Below, one piece after another: positions 10,944 to 23,796 of a stretch of 64,000 nt of DNA. Below the pieces are notes generated by a model. That model was not told the DNA's origin, did not search any database, and was given only the letters and a program-made list of their open reading frames with translations. Each line of letters starts with the position of its first letter. Positions within the stretch are counted from its first letter, which is position 1. Both the position numbers and the translations under genes were made by a program. The DNA is taken from NCBI RefSeq assembly GCF_964194025.1, contig NC_134470.1, positions 17,546,001-17,610,000 on the forward strand. Direction: 5' to 3'. Source of the DNA: Convolutriloba macropyga. Taxonomy: Eukaryota.

Positions 10944-11521
10944 CCCGGGTCGAGGTTTTATCAAAAAATAATGTAAGATTAGCGATGAATAGCGGTGAAA
11001 AAAAACTTTTTTCACCGCAAAGCGCCTTCATTTTTTAGCGTTGAATGCGGTGAAAGCGGTGAATTTTTGTAAGATTTGCGTTGAAATTAGCGGTGAAAAA
11101 ATTTTTGTTCACCGTATTCACAGGATTTCTTACAAAAAAGAACCTGCCGTACACGGGTACGAACCACTCACCTCCCGCATGTCACCAACTTCATAGTCCA
11201 CTGACCCATCTGTCACTTACTTCAATAATATTTCCTGCGAATTTAAGATAACTTAATTTAAGATTTGCGATTTTAGCGATGAAATTTTTTTCACCGCATT
11301 TTGCTGGTAGCGGTGAAAATTTTTTTCACCGCATTCCTCTGGTAGCGGTGAAAAATTTTCTATCACCGCTTATGCGGTGAAAAAAATTTCACCGCTTAAA
11401 ATTTTTTTTCACCGCATTCATCGCATTGAGCGTGAATTTGAGTAAAAAAAACACTTTTACTCAAATTCACCGCAAATCTTACATCTTTTAGCGATTTTTA
11501 GCGGTGACACCTCGACCCGGG
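10944..11521. mobile_element. Non-autonomous CACTA/EnSpm(CMC)-type element, CCCGGGTCGAGG TIRs, 2-bp TSD AA
   Basis: AA|CCCGGGTCGAGGT...ACCTCGACCCGGG|AA, with many subterminal GCGGTGAA/TTCACCGC repeats in both orientations. Confidence 0.85.
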
Positions 11522-11600
11522 AACTTGTTTGAACTTGCTAACCAGTAACTAATAGTATCTGGTAAATCTGCTTCGCTCCAGAATCTTTTTAGTGACAACT

Positions 11601-12005
11601 TGTTATACTTAATCGTATTGAATACTTTAGGATTCGCGTTGCGAATACTTGTGTCGAGATTACGATAGGAATTGCTAGGCGAATACACAATAACTTGTGT
11701 AATACGAATTCTGATTATTGGAGACGCGGCGCGAATCCGTTGTTAAGTCTAACTTAAGATTATGAAGAGCGTTTACAGAGTAACTTGAATTCAGATAACT
11801 AAATGAAATTATGATTACTTATGATAAACTAGTCTGAACAAAATATGAAATAATTTAGTAGACTTACGGGAATATTAATATAGGTGAATAAATAGAAGTC
11901 ATAATTTTTAGTTATAAAATGCATGATATAATTATAGATATAGAGGATAAATAATTTAGTATACATGGGAGTTTCGATATATAATAGGTATCCATACGTA
12001 TCACA
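11601..12005 (-). repeat. 3' LTR
   Basis: Near-identical to 18052-18456 (about 5 substitutions seen by eye). Short purine tract GAGGGAAA immediately upstream on the minus strand. Confidence 0.95.
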
Positions 12006-12815
12006 TTTCCCTCGTGACAAAAAAAAATTTAATGTATTCACAATTTTTTAGATTAACACAAAACATGTAACCGAGTTGGATGAACAAAACTGAACTCAAG
12101 GTTGTAGAAGTACTACGAATGTGAAATTTAAGAATAACTAACAATGAAAATTTTTGCATATGCGAGGCTTATACCTCTCAGAACATTCAATTGCACAAAA
12201 GCTGTGTGAGTTAATGCATATAAATTATCATCACTTGACGGATAATTACAGCACATAGCATTCTCAATGTTTTAATAATTTTGGAATTGCAAAGCGAATA
12301 CGCTTCAAAATTCTGAACATGGAAACTGAGTACATGAAATGAAATAAATTTAGCGCACATACAGTAATGAATGGATTCACAGGGCAAATACTTGAATAAA
12401 TGTAAAACTGACAATAGGAAAGCAAATGTTGTAACATAAAGCAAAGTTAACATTAATTTTAGATTAAAAAGTGGAAACAAGTTTAAATAAGTGAATTAAG
12501 TTTTTGACAGTTTTGTTGAGTTTTTAACTTAAATCTCATTTTCTGCATCCCAAACAGATAGTTCTCTCTCTTGTTCGTATTCATGGTATCGAACTCTAGA
12601 ATCTGGTGGCGAAACGTGGCCGATTTCATTTCCGGTCTTGGGGGAGATGGGATTCTTGAATGTTCCGCATTTTGAATCATGGCTACTACTGTATTTGCGG
12701 TTGCTGCCTCTTGCTTCTCTTTTTTCGATTTACGTTTTTTCTGTTTACCGGAACTGGTAGAAGTCAAGGAACTTGTAGGCGAAATATCCGCGTCCGTGAA
12801 ACCGTAGAATTGGGG

Positions 12816-14360
12816 TCAATTTCGTTTTCGGGTTCCTTGTTGTTTTTGTGGTTCGGGATGTGTGTCTTGAGACTGTTGGTTTTGAGAGGAAGACGTTTGC
12901 GGAGCGGGTACTATTGATATTAATTGTTGTTCCTGAACTGTTGCGTTATCATTGTCGTTGATTGGAGCTGCATTTCGACGACGTTTGGGCTGTGGTTTTG
13001 TAGGTTTGCGTACAGTGAGGGCTCTAGACACGTTTGAATTGACTGAGGAAACAACTGAGGTGGTGTCTCGATGCCGATGTCGAATTTTGATTTCCCCTCG
13101 CTTTTGTTTTTTGATGTCGTTGCTGTGTTTGGCAATCTTTATCTCAGTTGTCTGTTCATAAGGCGCAGGACGCCTTTGTGCGTACGTCCAGAGATTTGTA
13201 GATCTTTCAGCCTTGGTGCCAAACTTTGCCAGATCACTGTCTCTGACTTTGACTGGCGTTCGCCCCGGTTCATTAATTATGGTTGTCGTGGGGGAGGATT
13301 TAGTGACGAACGAACCGGGTTTTAAAACTTCATAAAGCCCAGCAAGTTGTCGTTTCGCCCTCTTTTTGTTTGGTATCTTTCTGGCCAGCTTCACACTTAA
13401 TGATTTTTCTGTTCTCGGAATGGGGTTCCTAAGTTTGGGGTGGATTATGAACCGCGATTCCTTGTCGTCTGAGTCGCGGTACCGGAGGCCTGCGTCTTGT
13501 TGTTCTTTATTCATAGCCGTCTCAATTTCCAGATCGCTTCTCTCCGGGTTGACCCATCCAGCATCATCGAGGTATTTGGCTACAGGAACTGTATCAGCAT
13601 CTAAATAGTGATTAATAATTTTTTCATATGTTAGATTTAAACTTGATGGACATGTGCTAATATTACGCAACGGAGTATTCACCAGACGACCAAAATGAGC
13701 TTCGAATGGAGTTATCTGTGTTGTTTTCTGTCTTGTTATTCGTAAGTCAAAAACTATCTGTTTAATTGCTTTAGATGTAGAAAATGAATCTTTATTTTCA
13801 GTTTTCATACAGGATAACCGCCGTTTAATTGTCTGTACCATTCGCTCCACTAATCCAATTGCTCTATGGTCTCCGACTGGCGCATCGAGAATGTTAATGT
13901 TATTTTCATTACAATAGTTTGTAACTTGTTTACCTACTAAACAAGTAGCTTGATCTAGGCGGATTGTTCGCGGTATTCCATGAGTATAAGCATAATCGCG
14001 GAGAAATTTTACATTTGTCCCCTTTGCATGTTCAAAAATTCGAGCTGTTGGATACTTTGAATAACTATCTATACATGTCAGAAAGTAAATATCTTTATCT
14101 TTATCATTTGTTATCGGGCCCCCAAAGTCAATTTGAATTTCTTCATTTGGTTCTTGACAAGCCTTGTGAGGATACCATTTAGATTTTGGTATAATAGGTT
14201 TCAAATTCTTACCAATATCGGTACACGGACCGCAGTCTGATGCTTTGGCGAGAATCTCTCTATGCATATATGGCCACCATGCATACTGAGATAATGAAAT
14301 CATGCCATAACTACCAGGGTGGGTCATGTGTATGGATTCCAGTACCGCGTCCTTTATCGA
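12816..14360 (-). pseudogene. Gypsy integrase, out of frame with the upstream pol
   Basis: HMTHPG...C..C zinc finger, QIDFGGP, RLDQAT, GLVERMVQTIK. The frame reads SIKDAVLESIH from about 14360. Confidence 0.92.
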
Positions 14361-17300
14361 ATCACATGAAGGTCCTTCCAGAACGAATATATATAGGGGC
14401 TAACTTCCTTACAGCGGTTCTCGTCGTCTTGGAGGACACAATCTCTAATTTCTTTTAATACTGCGTCCTTACTTGTTAGGACGGCTAAGAAGAATTTTGT
14501 AAATAGTTGGTTTAAGTTACTTTCAAAAATTTCCTCTTTGGATAATTCAATGTCTTGTATTTCGGGTGATGATGAAATTGGGGTGTGAATGTTAGGGCTT
14601 GTACTGGTTGTCGCTATAGGGGTGGATTGGGTGCGGAAAGTTACTTTGGGAGCAGTAGTAGGAGTTGGGGGGTTAGATTGAGGCACTTCTTTTGCGGACA
14701 TTGTTATGTGGTTCACTTTATTTTCTGTTTTTGCGGCTGAATTACAATTAAATTTATTTGGCTGGATTCGTGATGCGGATGCAGTAGTGTTTTTAATCAA
14801 TTGATTTGCAAGGCAATTAAAGTTGGAAATGAATTCAGAATTGTAATTGTTTACTTGTGCTCGAGGAATGAGTGGATTAATTGAGGTATTTGAGTTATTC
14901 GTGCTAATGTTAGCAGGTTTGCAACCGTGGACGCGCGTCATGTTTACTTGTTGGTTATAATTACTGGTTATGTGCCGCTTTTGGAAAGGAATTTTATTCG
15001 CGTGACTAAATAAAGATGTAATTGCGTCGCGAATACGGGAAATTGTTGCTACCATGAATTCCTCATCGTATTGATTGACACTTTTAGCGTTTTGATTTGG
15101 TTGACGCGAAATATAATCAACTAAACCCATTCTGGTACCAGGAATATGTTCGATGTTAAAATCAAATGGTAACAAACGATCAATCCATCGTGTTAATCTA
15201 CTGTTGTAGGATTTATTAGAAGGGTGTGATTTTAGAACTGAAAGAAGTGCTCTGTGGTCTGTTAAAACTGTGAAAGTCTTCCCAAATAAATAATATTTAA
15301 AATATTCAATGGCCCACACCACCCCAAGTAATTCGAGTTCATTTACACTATATCGTTCTTCGTTGCTATTAAGAAAACGAGACGCAAAAGCTACTGTTTT
15401 CCACCCTTCACAATCTAATTGTTCAAGCTCAGCGCCTAAACCTTGGCGAGATGCATCGCATTTGATTCGCGTTTCCAGTGTTGGATTAAAATGAGTGTTT
15501 TCCGTAGCGTTTGCAATAATAGTTTTGATGTGTTCAAAATGTAATTGATGAGTTTCATTCCAAATAAATTTTTCCTTTTTCTTTAATAATGGCCGAAGGG
15601 GATGGCATATTTTGGCAAGATTAGGTATAAATTTGCTTAAGTGATGAACACTACCTAAGAATGATCGTAATTGTTTCAATGTTTTTGGAGCTTTGATTTC
15701 CGCAATTGCCGCTGTTTTAGATTCTATAGGTTTAACACCACTTTGTGAGAATGTGAAGCCAAGCCAATTTATTTGATGTTTTGCGAAATGACATTTACTC
15801 AAATTATTTCGGAGGTTATCGGATTCGAGTTTTTGGAGACATTTGTACACGTATTTGAGGTGCGATTCCTTGGTACCTTTGCCAACTACAATTATGTCAT
15901 CCAGAAAACAGTATCTGTTAGTTAGTCCAACCAATGTGTAATCCATTGCCTTTTGAAACTCAGCCGTCATATCCGTAAGGCCATAAAATCCCGTTTTAAA
16001 ACGATATGTGCCAGTTGCATCGCCGCAGATGATATTAAAATTGCAATGACGTGCGGTATCCGGATGCAGTTTTAATTGACTATAGGCATATTTTAAATCA
16101 ATCGTTGAAAAGTAGACATGATCTCCTAGGTTTGAATTATTAATATGTTGTGAGATTGAATCGATAAGACTATCTATATTTGGCATTTGGTACTTGTTTT
16201 TGTGGATCGCTTTATTTAATATTTTTGAATCAAGAGCTAAATTTACAGATTTGTCCTTTTTGACCGTGATTACAATGGGGGAAATGTAGTTTTTATCCGA
16301 ACATTCTTGTAATTTTTCGATGTGTCCTTGTTCAGAAAGTTTCTTCAGCTCAGCAGATACTTTGTCTAGTAAATTTATAGGAACACGACGGCCCTTTTGG
16401 TGGGATGGAGTATAGTGTTTGTGGAATTTTGAACGAACTGTATGTACTTTGGACTTACCAATTCTGGAGATTAGATCGGGATAATCAAAAGCAATCTGTT
16501 TTTTGATTGGGCAATATTCTTGATCTACCTGATTAATTGTTACATTGTTACTTGATTGATGTATTGAGAGTCCAAGAGCTGGAAACAAATCTCTACCCAA
16601 TAGAGAACGATGTCCGTCTGCCACTACTTGAATTTCTATTGGATTTGCGTACCAATTACTGCTTTGAATTGAAGTTTGAAGAATGCCCACCGTATGAATA
16701 GGTTCGTTTGAAAATGTTTTCATTTGTTTAGGATTCGCTTCGCGTATCCACTTCGGTTTTGAATCATGAGAAATGATGGAGTTTGCCAAGGATTCGTTTA
16801 TTATTGTGCATACGCTGCCCGAATCCACCAAAACATTTGTTGATGTTTTACCAAGGATTACGGGAAGATTGATTGCATCCACTGAAGTTGAGGAATCTGT
16901 TGAAGATACTGCTGCTACACAATTATCTTCATCTGAAGAATAGTTTGACTCCAAAACAGGATCAAAATTAGTCGAAATCTGATTGACATCTTCATTTTGA
17001 TCGTCCTTTTCTACGTTATTGACCCGCGGTTTAGGTTTTGGGTAGGAATTGGGATCTTTAGGTTTTCGGCAAACTTTTGCGAAGTGGTTCTCAATACCAC
17101 AGTTATTGCATCTTTTTCCCCGAGCGGGACATTTATTTCGGTGGTCAGAGGTCCAATTGGATCCACAGAAATGACAGGTTGTTGGCTTTTTCCGTGCTGT
17201 TGTATTCATATTGGAGAAAGGGGTAGCATTTGCGATGCGCATCCGTTGTACTTGATTAACAGTTAAATGTGACTCGGTTTTGCTTGCATTCATTTTTAAT

Positions 17301-18052
17301 TGGTTGAGCGTACCCATCTCGATATTGATCGCTATTGCCAATGTTTTTTCCGGGTCGACTGTTTCCTTAAGGAGCTCCTTTTGAATGATTTCATTTTGCA
17401 TGTTTGCGATAAAGACGTCCCGGATGATCGTGTCTCCTTTATCTCCAAGGTCACAGTTTTCCGAAAGTTCTTTGAGATGTCCATAGAATTTCTCAATAGG
17501 TTCTCCCTTTTGCTGTTTTCGGGTGAGGAAGAGGTATCTATCGAAGGTTATATTGTGGATCCGAATGAAGGTTGTATTGAGAATACCCCACAGATCTTTC
17601 GTTGAAATTGTTTCAAGATTGATGGTCGAATTCTTTGAGTTGAATACGCGCCGACCTTCCATGCCTAAGCTCAAGTACATCAAAGAGGATGCTTTTCGAT
17701 CACATAACTTCCACGGTTTATCACCGCAAAGTATACCAACTGCTGTAACTCGTTGACACTGATTCTTCCACGCTGTTTTTGCTTGTTCCTTGCGGGTACG
17801 TCGGTCTCGCTCTGATTGTGCCGTCGGGTTGTCAACTGCATCTTCATATGCTGGTTCAGGAGGTAGGAGGACATGGTCTGGGGGGTCCAATAAGAGGAGA
17901 TCCACTTCAATTCCTTCTCGGGCGAGAATTGCGAGTTTCAATTGTATTCTCCAAAACTCCCAGCGAATTGGAGGTTCTAGTGTTGCCTTTTCCCAAAAGG
18001 GTTGAATTCCAAGTGGGGATTTGCCGCTGTCCTTTGTCGCTGACTGCGCCAT
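14354..18052 (-). pseudogene. Gag-PR-RT-RNaseH polyprotein (single ORF), cut off before the integrase by a deletion/frameshift
   Basis: Zn knuckles CHFCG..H..C and CNNCGIENHFAKVC, protease LVDSGS, RT IDLKYAYSQL and FLDDI, RNaseH CDASRQG and YSVNELELL. Confidence 0.93.
18040..18051 (-). promoter_or_regulatory. Primer-binding site, tRNA-Ser-like
   Basis: Minus-strand TGGCGCAGTC directly after the LTR CA. It is complementary to the GACUGCGCCA 3' end of tRNA-Ser used by 17.6/297-type elements. Confidence 0.75.
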
Positions 18053-18456
18053 GTTATACTTAATCGTATTGAATACTTTAGGATTCGCGTTGCGAATACT
18101 TGTGTCGAGATTACGATAGGAATTGCTAGGCGAATACACAATAACTTGTGTAATACGAATTCTGATTATTGGAGACGCGGCGCGAATCCGTTGTTAAGTC
18201 TAACTTAAGATTATGAAGAGCGTTTACAGAGTAACTTGAATTCAGATAACTAAATGAAATTATGATTACTTATGATAAACTAGTATGAACAAAATATGAA
18301 ATAATTTAGTAGACTTACGGGAATATTAATATAGGTGAATAAATAGAAGTCATAACTTTTAGTTATAAAACGCATGATATAATTATAGATATAGAGGATA
18401 AATAATTTAGTACACATAGGAGTTTCGATATATAATAGGTATCCATACGTATCACA
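18052..18456 (-). repeat. 5' LTR
   Basis: Direct repeat of 11601-12005, followed on the minus strand by the PBS. Confidence 0.95.
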
Positions 18457-20689
18457 CAACTGTTTGAAAAAAAAAACAATTGTAAAACATTTGTAGTCTC
18501 AATTCGATTTTGCCGCCAATAAGGCTACAAATTTTCAATTCAGCGTATCCACTGTTGCGAAAGTAGCCAATTGTCTGTGGATATGGAAAAGAACCCGTTC
18601 GAATTTCATTTTAAAGAACAAGTGTTGTTTTCCACTGTAAAATCAGGTAACAACCTAAAGATAGTTTGTAATGGTTACATATTTTTTCGAATTTCATAAT
18701 GAATTTGGTAACACATGAGGCGGACATTTTTCATGAGATTTTATAATCGCTTCGAAGCGAAAATTGGAAAGGTTGTTTTAGAGGTACTATTTATTTATGA
18801 TCCTGGAAAATTATTTAAGAGATTTGGTATTAATATCCGGTATCTCGTATCCCATTGACGGAAAACAAATTTCTAGAAAATGACATTGAAATAAAAAATC
18901 CAGGTTGCAATTCAACAATATTGAACATCGCATTTGATGTGAATTCGGTACTAGTTTTCTGGTTAATTGTAATAAATTGGTTCATTGTAGTGATTAATTG
19001 TAATGATTAATTGTACTAGTTTTCCGCTAACAGGTGGTGTGCTATGGTATTTTGGGACTGGCATTTTTAAAATCAAATAACTCCTGGGGATAAGGAGAAT
19101 ATTGGTTAAAGATTTGGTCGGCCAGACTACAAAACAGTTTTTGAGCTACCTCAGTTCTCTATGATCAGTGAACTGTGCCGTGCTCCATATTTTAAGTCAA
19201 CAAGTGCCAAAATTTCCTATTCATTAACTTCTTCGGTCTTTAACTGTTATTGAAAAGTTAAGGAATCAGAACGAAGACTACGCTTTAAGTGCTTGGTTCT
19301 GAAAAAAATAGAAATGAACCCGATCAGTTTCAATTTTTTGAATTTCATTTTTTTAACGATTAGAAAGTACGTGTCAACAAGTTCCGGAAAAATTTCAACA
19401 ACTTAAAAATGTACGAATGTTTGTGGCTCTTTCTCAGGTTACTTTAAACAGTTACGTTTCACTTTCAATTGCAATTTTTGCCAAAATCAATTTTCAATTG
19501 GAACAGCTTTAATAGAAGTTTCGTTTAATCTGAAATTTTTGTTCAACTAAATTGAAAGTGTCTCGAAGGTACCTCTTACAACATGAACACTTCCTTAATT
19601 TTACAAGCACAAGGATTAAAAATGCACTTTCAGCAGAATACCAGCATTTAGTAGATAAGTGTGGAAAAATTACTTTGCTATTTCCTACTACAATTACAAA
19701 TTTCGTTTACGCTTAAACCCTTCCGCAGCCTGAAAATCGATGTTACAAAAAACATTGAAATTTCTAGGACTATATGTTTCATCGTCAATTTAGACAATTC
19801 GAGATTTTTCGGATGAATTACATAATTTCTCTTGGGTCTCAAGAACATAGTGTTGCATTTCTGTACAAAACATAATAAACTTTTACTGGTAGTAAACTTT
19901 TGATGAACAAATTCAATATCTTTTTGAAAAGTTGTTTGATTTTTGTCAACGACTGACCATATCTCTCCCGCTACATTAGAAAGTTTTGTTATTTTTATAT
20001 TTTTTACTAGACCCTTGTAGATTGACCTAATGAACAAAAAAGAATTTAGAGTCGTCAATTAGGAAATCAATTTCCAATTCGCGCAAAAAAGTGATAATTT
20101 GGGAATTCGTATTTCTCCAAGGAAACACAAAATACTTATCTGGTAAGATTTATACAAACTTATACTATTATGTACTTTAGTGTCACCATAAATATTTTTC
20201 ATGTCAATTTTCTATAGTATAAGTTCCCAGAATTATTTCTTTTGTATTTTATTTAAAATTTACGAAAGTTTGAAAGAAGTCGTAAGATATCCACATAATA
20301 TGACAAAAAATTTGATTTGTTTGATGCTTACTGGATATATTCAGATATTAAGTTTTGCGATTCTCAGAAAAATTTTGGATATTCATTATACAAATCTTGC
20401 GAAAACATTCCAAAACGGAGCTTTCAAATTAAGTACCTATTCTCAACGAACTTGTACCATTTTACTAGTTGCTTTTCGATTGAACCTAACTGAAGCTTGC
20501 CAGAGAAGAAAGTATTTCCTAACAACTATTGTTAGTACAATTTCTAAATCATACGATTCCTTTCTAAAATTTGACTTTTTTATTATTAGAGAGAAACGAG
20601 AGAAATCTTATAATTTATAAGGTTTATTTCAAATTCTTTGAAATATTTCTCTACGACAGAGTACCACAACATTACGAAAGATTTCTTGT

Positions 20690-21370
20690 CTGGAAACAAT
20701 TCTTTTTCAGACAATCAGTTGTGAATTTGAGCTCCGCGAGAGTATTGAACAACTTCGAGAAAATCGCCGCTGAAATTGCCCACATTGGCATTAAGTAGAA
20801 TCTCAAACCTCCCAGTGCACCAAATCTAGATGGCATATGGGAGACGCAAGTGCGGCTTTTTTAAACGAATACTTTACAACGGCTTCGGTACTCATCGCCT
20901 AACTGATTAAATTTTGAACACTATTTTTTGTCTAGTCGAATACGCACTAAATCCACGCCCTTTAACGTCCCTTCCGTCGCCGACCCGACCAACCAAGGTG
21001 CAAAAAACCTAATCTTTTTCCCCTTGGTAAACAAGCTACCGCAATTCCGTCCGTCTTTGGCGTAGATGTTTGATAACCGTCAGCGGTACGCCCCTGTACA
21101 GTCATAAGCTAACGCTATTTTGTCAGGTTGGATCAAAGAGTACGTCCGGGCACTGAACCGACGTTCTAAGTGGCAAACGCTTGTCGAGCAACACCAAAAG
21201 AACGGTGACTTGGTTTGTGTATTTGAAGAGACCAACCCTACTGCTCTGATCACCAACTCCGTTACGGTGCCGACAGCGTCGCAAGCTCCGCTATCTTACG
21301 CACATCCACCGGATCGCTCGCCCGCCCCTTTGTTAAATTGGTACCTGTTCTCCCAACATCTTCTTCAGGG
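20690..21370 (+). mobile_element. Decayed BEL/Pao LTR-retrotransposon integrase C-terminal fragment
   Basis: PSAPNLDGIWETQVR, ILNTIFCLVEYALNPRPLT and WIKEYVRALNRRSKWQ...GDLV, with stops and frameshifts. Confidence 0.75.
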
Positions 21371-23750
21371 CCGCACGATTATACCGAGTGAATACAAAGC
21401 GACCAATTATTGACCTAATAGATTGGAGTATTCTAATTACGGATTTCAATTGCGTGGGTAATTGCGTCTAATGTACTCAGATTGATCGGAAAATGTTCTT
21501 TTAACGTAATTTCAAGTCAACCTTCTCATAAAATCTATCAAATAAGGCACGAGTCGGCTCTATTTAATTCAGATTTTTGGATTAATCGGTGCAAAATGGT
21601 GACTGGTAATGAAAAGAATCGTGATCAGACAAAATACCGGCCAAATGTGCAACAAAAATTTCCGTCTAAAAACCACTTGTTGGTCCGGTCGTCGTATTCT
21701 TAATACGTTGCTTCATGTTGATTTATGAACACGTCTTTTTTGATCGACTGCTACATGATACGTTTGAATAAGTTGAATCTAAACAAAAGAGTGTTTTATC
21801 ACCTTCATCAGCTATTGTATTTTTTCATATAAGTTTTTGAAAAACTAAAGAGGATAAAAAACTTTTCTTTTTCCGAAATTGGGGTTCAAGAACCGCTTTC
21901 TAGAGAAATTCTTTCCAAATTTTGCAATTAGTTTGCTCAAGATAACAGGTCTACAATGCTGTTTTACTTTTTTTTAGCAATTTTCAAAAACACAGAAGAA
22001 TCATATGAAAAATTTGGAAGCGTGCGTAGCTAATATAACAAAGGGTTATCGGTAACATATTCCGTCAGTTGTACTAACTGTAACTAAATTAATGGTTATG
22101 ATCAAAATTAGCCAGAATTTTGTTAGGAAAGTTCAAATCGTACTAATTTAGCATGATGAGTAATTAACTAATATGTAGGCATTTCGTGAATGAAAATTAG
22201 TAAGGTCTTACAATTTTTTGTAGGCGTTGATAAGAGTTGTACTAAAAACTTTTTTGTTTTTATGACAAGTCCTTGCAAGTTCTCAGCAGGTGGATACTAG
22301 TCTCGGGCTTTATAATAAAACATATGGTCTTTTAAACTATTACTATGAAGGCCAAAACGAAAAAAAAATGACTTAGTGCAAATTAGTAGCACAAACCGTT
22401 CATAAATGCCATTTTGCAATGTCTAGGATTGTAAGAGCTGACAAACGTTCTTTAAAAAAACTCCTTTATGCATACTTTTACACATTAAAAACAAATATAA
22501 TTTGTAGTGGACTGACTCACTTTTTTTCTTATGTTTTACAGAACATCATCGCAATCAAAAATGAAACCTTAGGCTGATCGCACATGGCAATGTTTTCGTA
22601 TCTTTCAGGAAACCCTCTTCCGGCGATGCCGTTCTACGAGCAAAAACACGAGAAAGGTGTACAAACCCATCCATGGTTTAACGAACATCTTGCCAGGTAA
22701 TGTAATTAAAACACAAAGAAGAAGGCTTGATAATGTGCGTTTGCACATCATGGTCCATCAGCGGTCATCCACATTCTCGGCTTAAATCTATAGATTTAGA
22801 AAAAAGGCAAAAAAGTAATAGAGGTTGTTAGATCATGATTTGTAGTTTGAAACTTGATGTATTCTCAAAATAGGATAAACGCATAGGCCAGTGAGGTAAA
22901 TACCAGTCTGGCTAACTTTTTTCACAAGAACCAACGAAATTTAAATTGTGTATTATATTTCTCATTCAGTTGAAAAATAAATCATCGTTATCATCACAAA
23001 AGTTTTGCAGTAGAAAAAAAACAACGCTGTGGTAAAGGAAACACCTAATTGTTCACAAAAGTGAGATTCTAAATTCAGTCAAATTTCCAAATCAGTCTTG
23101 AAACACTATGATTCTTCAGGAAACAAGTTTTTTTATCTATTCGCAGTTAAACCCTATTTAAATTATTTAGATTTTGCAATCTCGAAAATATTTTTTTTGA
23201 GTGGAATTGCAATTTTTTCAATCGATTGGACAAAAACCCAAAAAAACATGCGACAAAATTGAGGTCAAAAACTCAGCGGCAGGGTAATAGAATTCAGCAA
23301 AAAAAAGATCATTGACTTCTTGATGGGTAATACAATGGTCGCATACAAAGTTTGACAAAAGGTTACAAGCACAGGTCCCGAAAATAATTTTAAAATATAA
23401 AGAGCTAATATCCCGTTTTAAAAATTTTGTACGGCAAGGCCGATCACTGATAGTCTGTAAAACTTATGCGGCAGAAATTAAACGTGAAACAAACGAGACA
23501 TAACAAAATTCATTCGGTAGATCAAAATGCGACCGTCGCTCCTTAGTTGCAAATAGTGACAATGTGACAAAAAAGACATCAATGCCAGTAAAAACCAACA
23601 AGTGAAGGTATGATTCAAAAACACAAAAATTAATTAAAATAAATGGTTTCTGTTTATCAAATTTAGTTACAAAATGAAACCCCGGAGCTATCATGACTCA
23701 ACTAGAAATTTGTTGAGACCTCTAATTAATGAGAATAAGCAAGAAAAGAG

Positions 23751-23796
23751 TAGAATAGATAAGAATAGATAAGAATAGATAAGAATAGATAAGAAC
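23751..23796. repeat. (AAGAATAGAT)n minisatellite
   Basis: About 4.5 copies visible. Confidence 0.85.

Larger units (their letters stand above)
11601..18456 (-). mobile_element. Full-length Ty3/Gypsy LTR retrotransposon
   Basis: Two 405-bp TG...CA LTRs (11601-12005, 18052-18456) and 5-bp TSD CAACT (11596-11600, 18457-18461). Domain order is gag-PR-RT-RH-IN. Confidence 0.97.

Noticed and set aside
11141-11220. Functional tRNA gene
   Set aside because: A/B boxes are present, but I could not form a convincing cloverleaf or acceptor stem. It lies inside a MITE.
11488-11688. ORF identical to the N-terminus of the 1261-aa gag-pol ORF
   Set aside because: This is just the 3' LTR copy. The listed start is a non-ATG codon inside the LTR.
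12660-18063. Numerous + strand ORFs within the Gypsy element (and minus-strand ORFs within the Polinton and BEN genes)
   Set aside because: Antisense shadows of genuine coding frames.
19678-20620. 126-aa and 139-aa ORFs, faint gag-like impression
   Set aside because: No diagnostic motif; AT-rich chance ORFs or unrecognisably decayed TE.
22609-22696. Isolated exon-like segment (TTTCAG...CAG|GTAATG)
   Set aside because: Could not link it to other exons or recognise the product.
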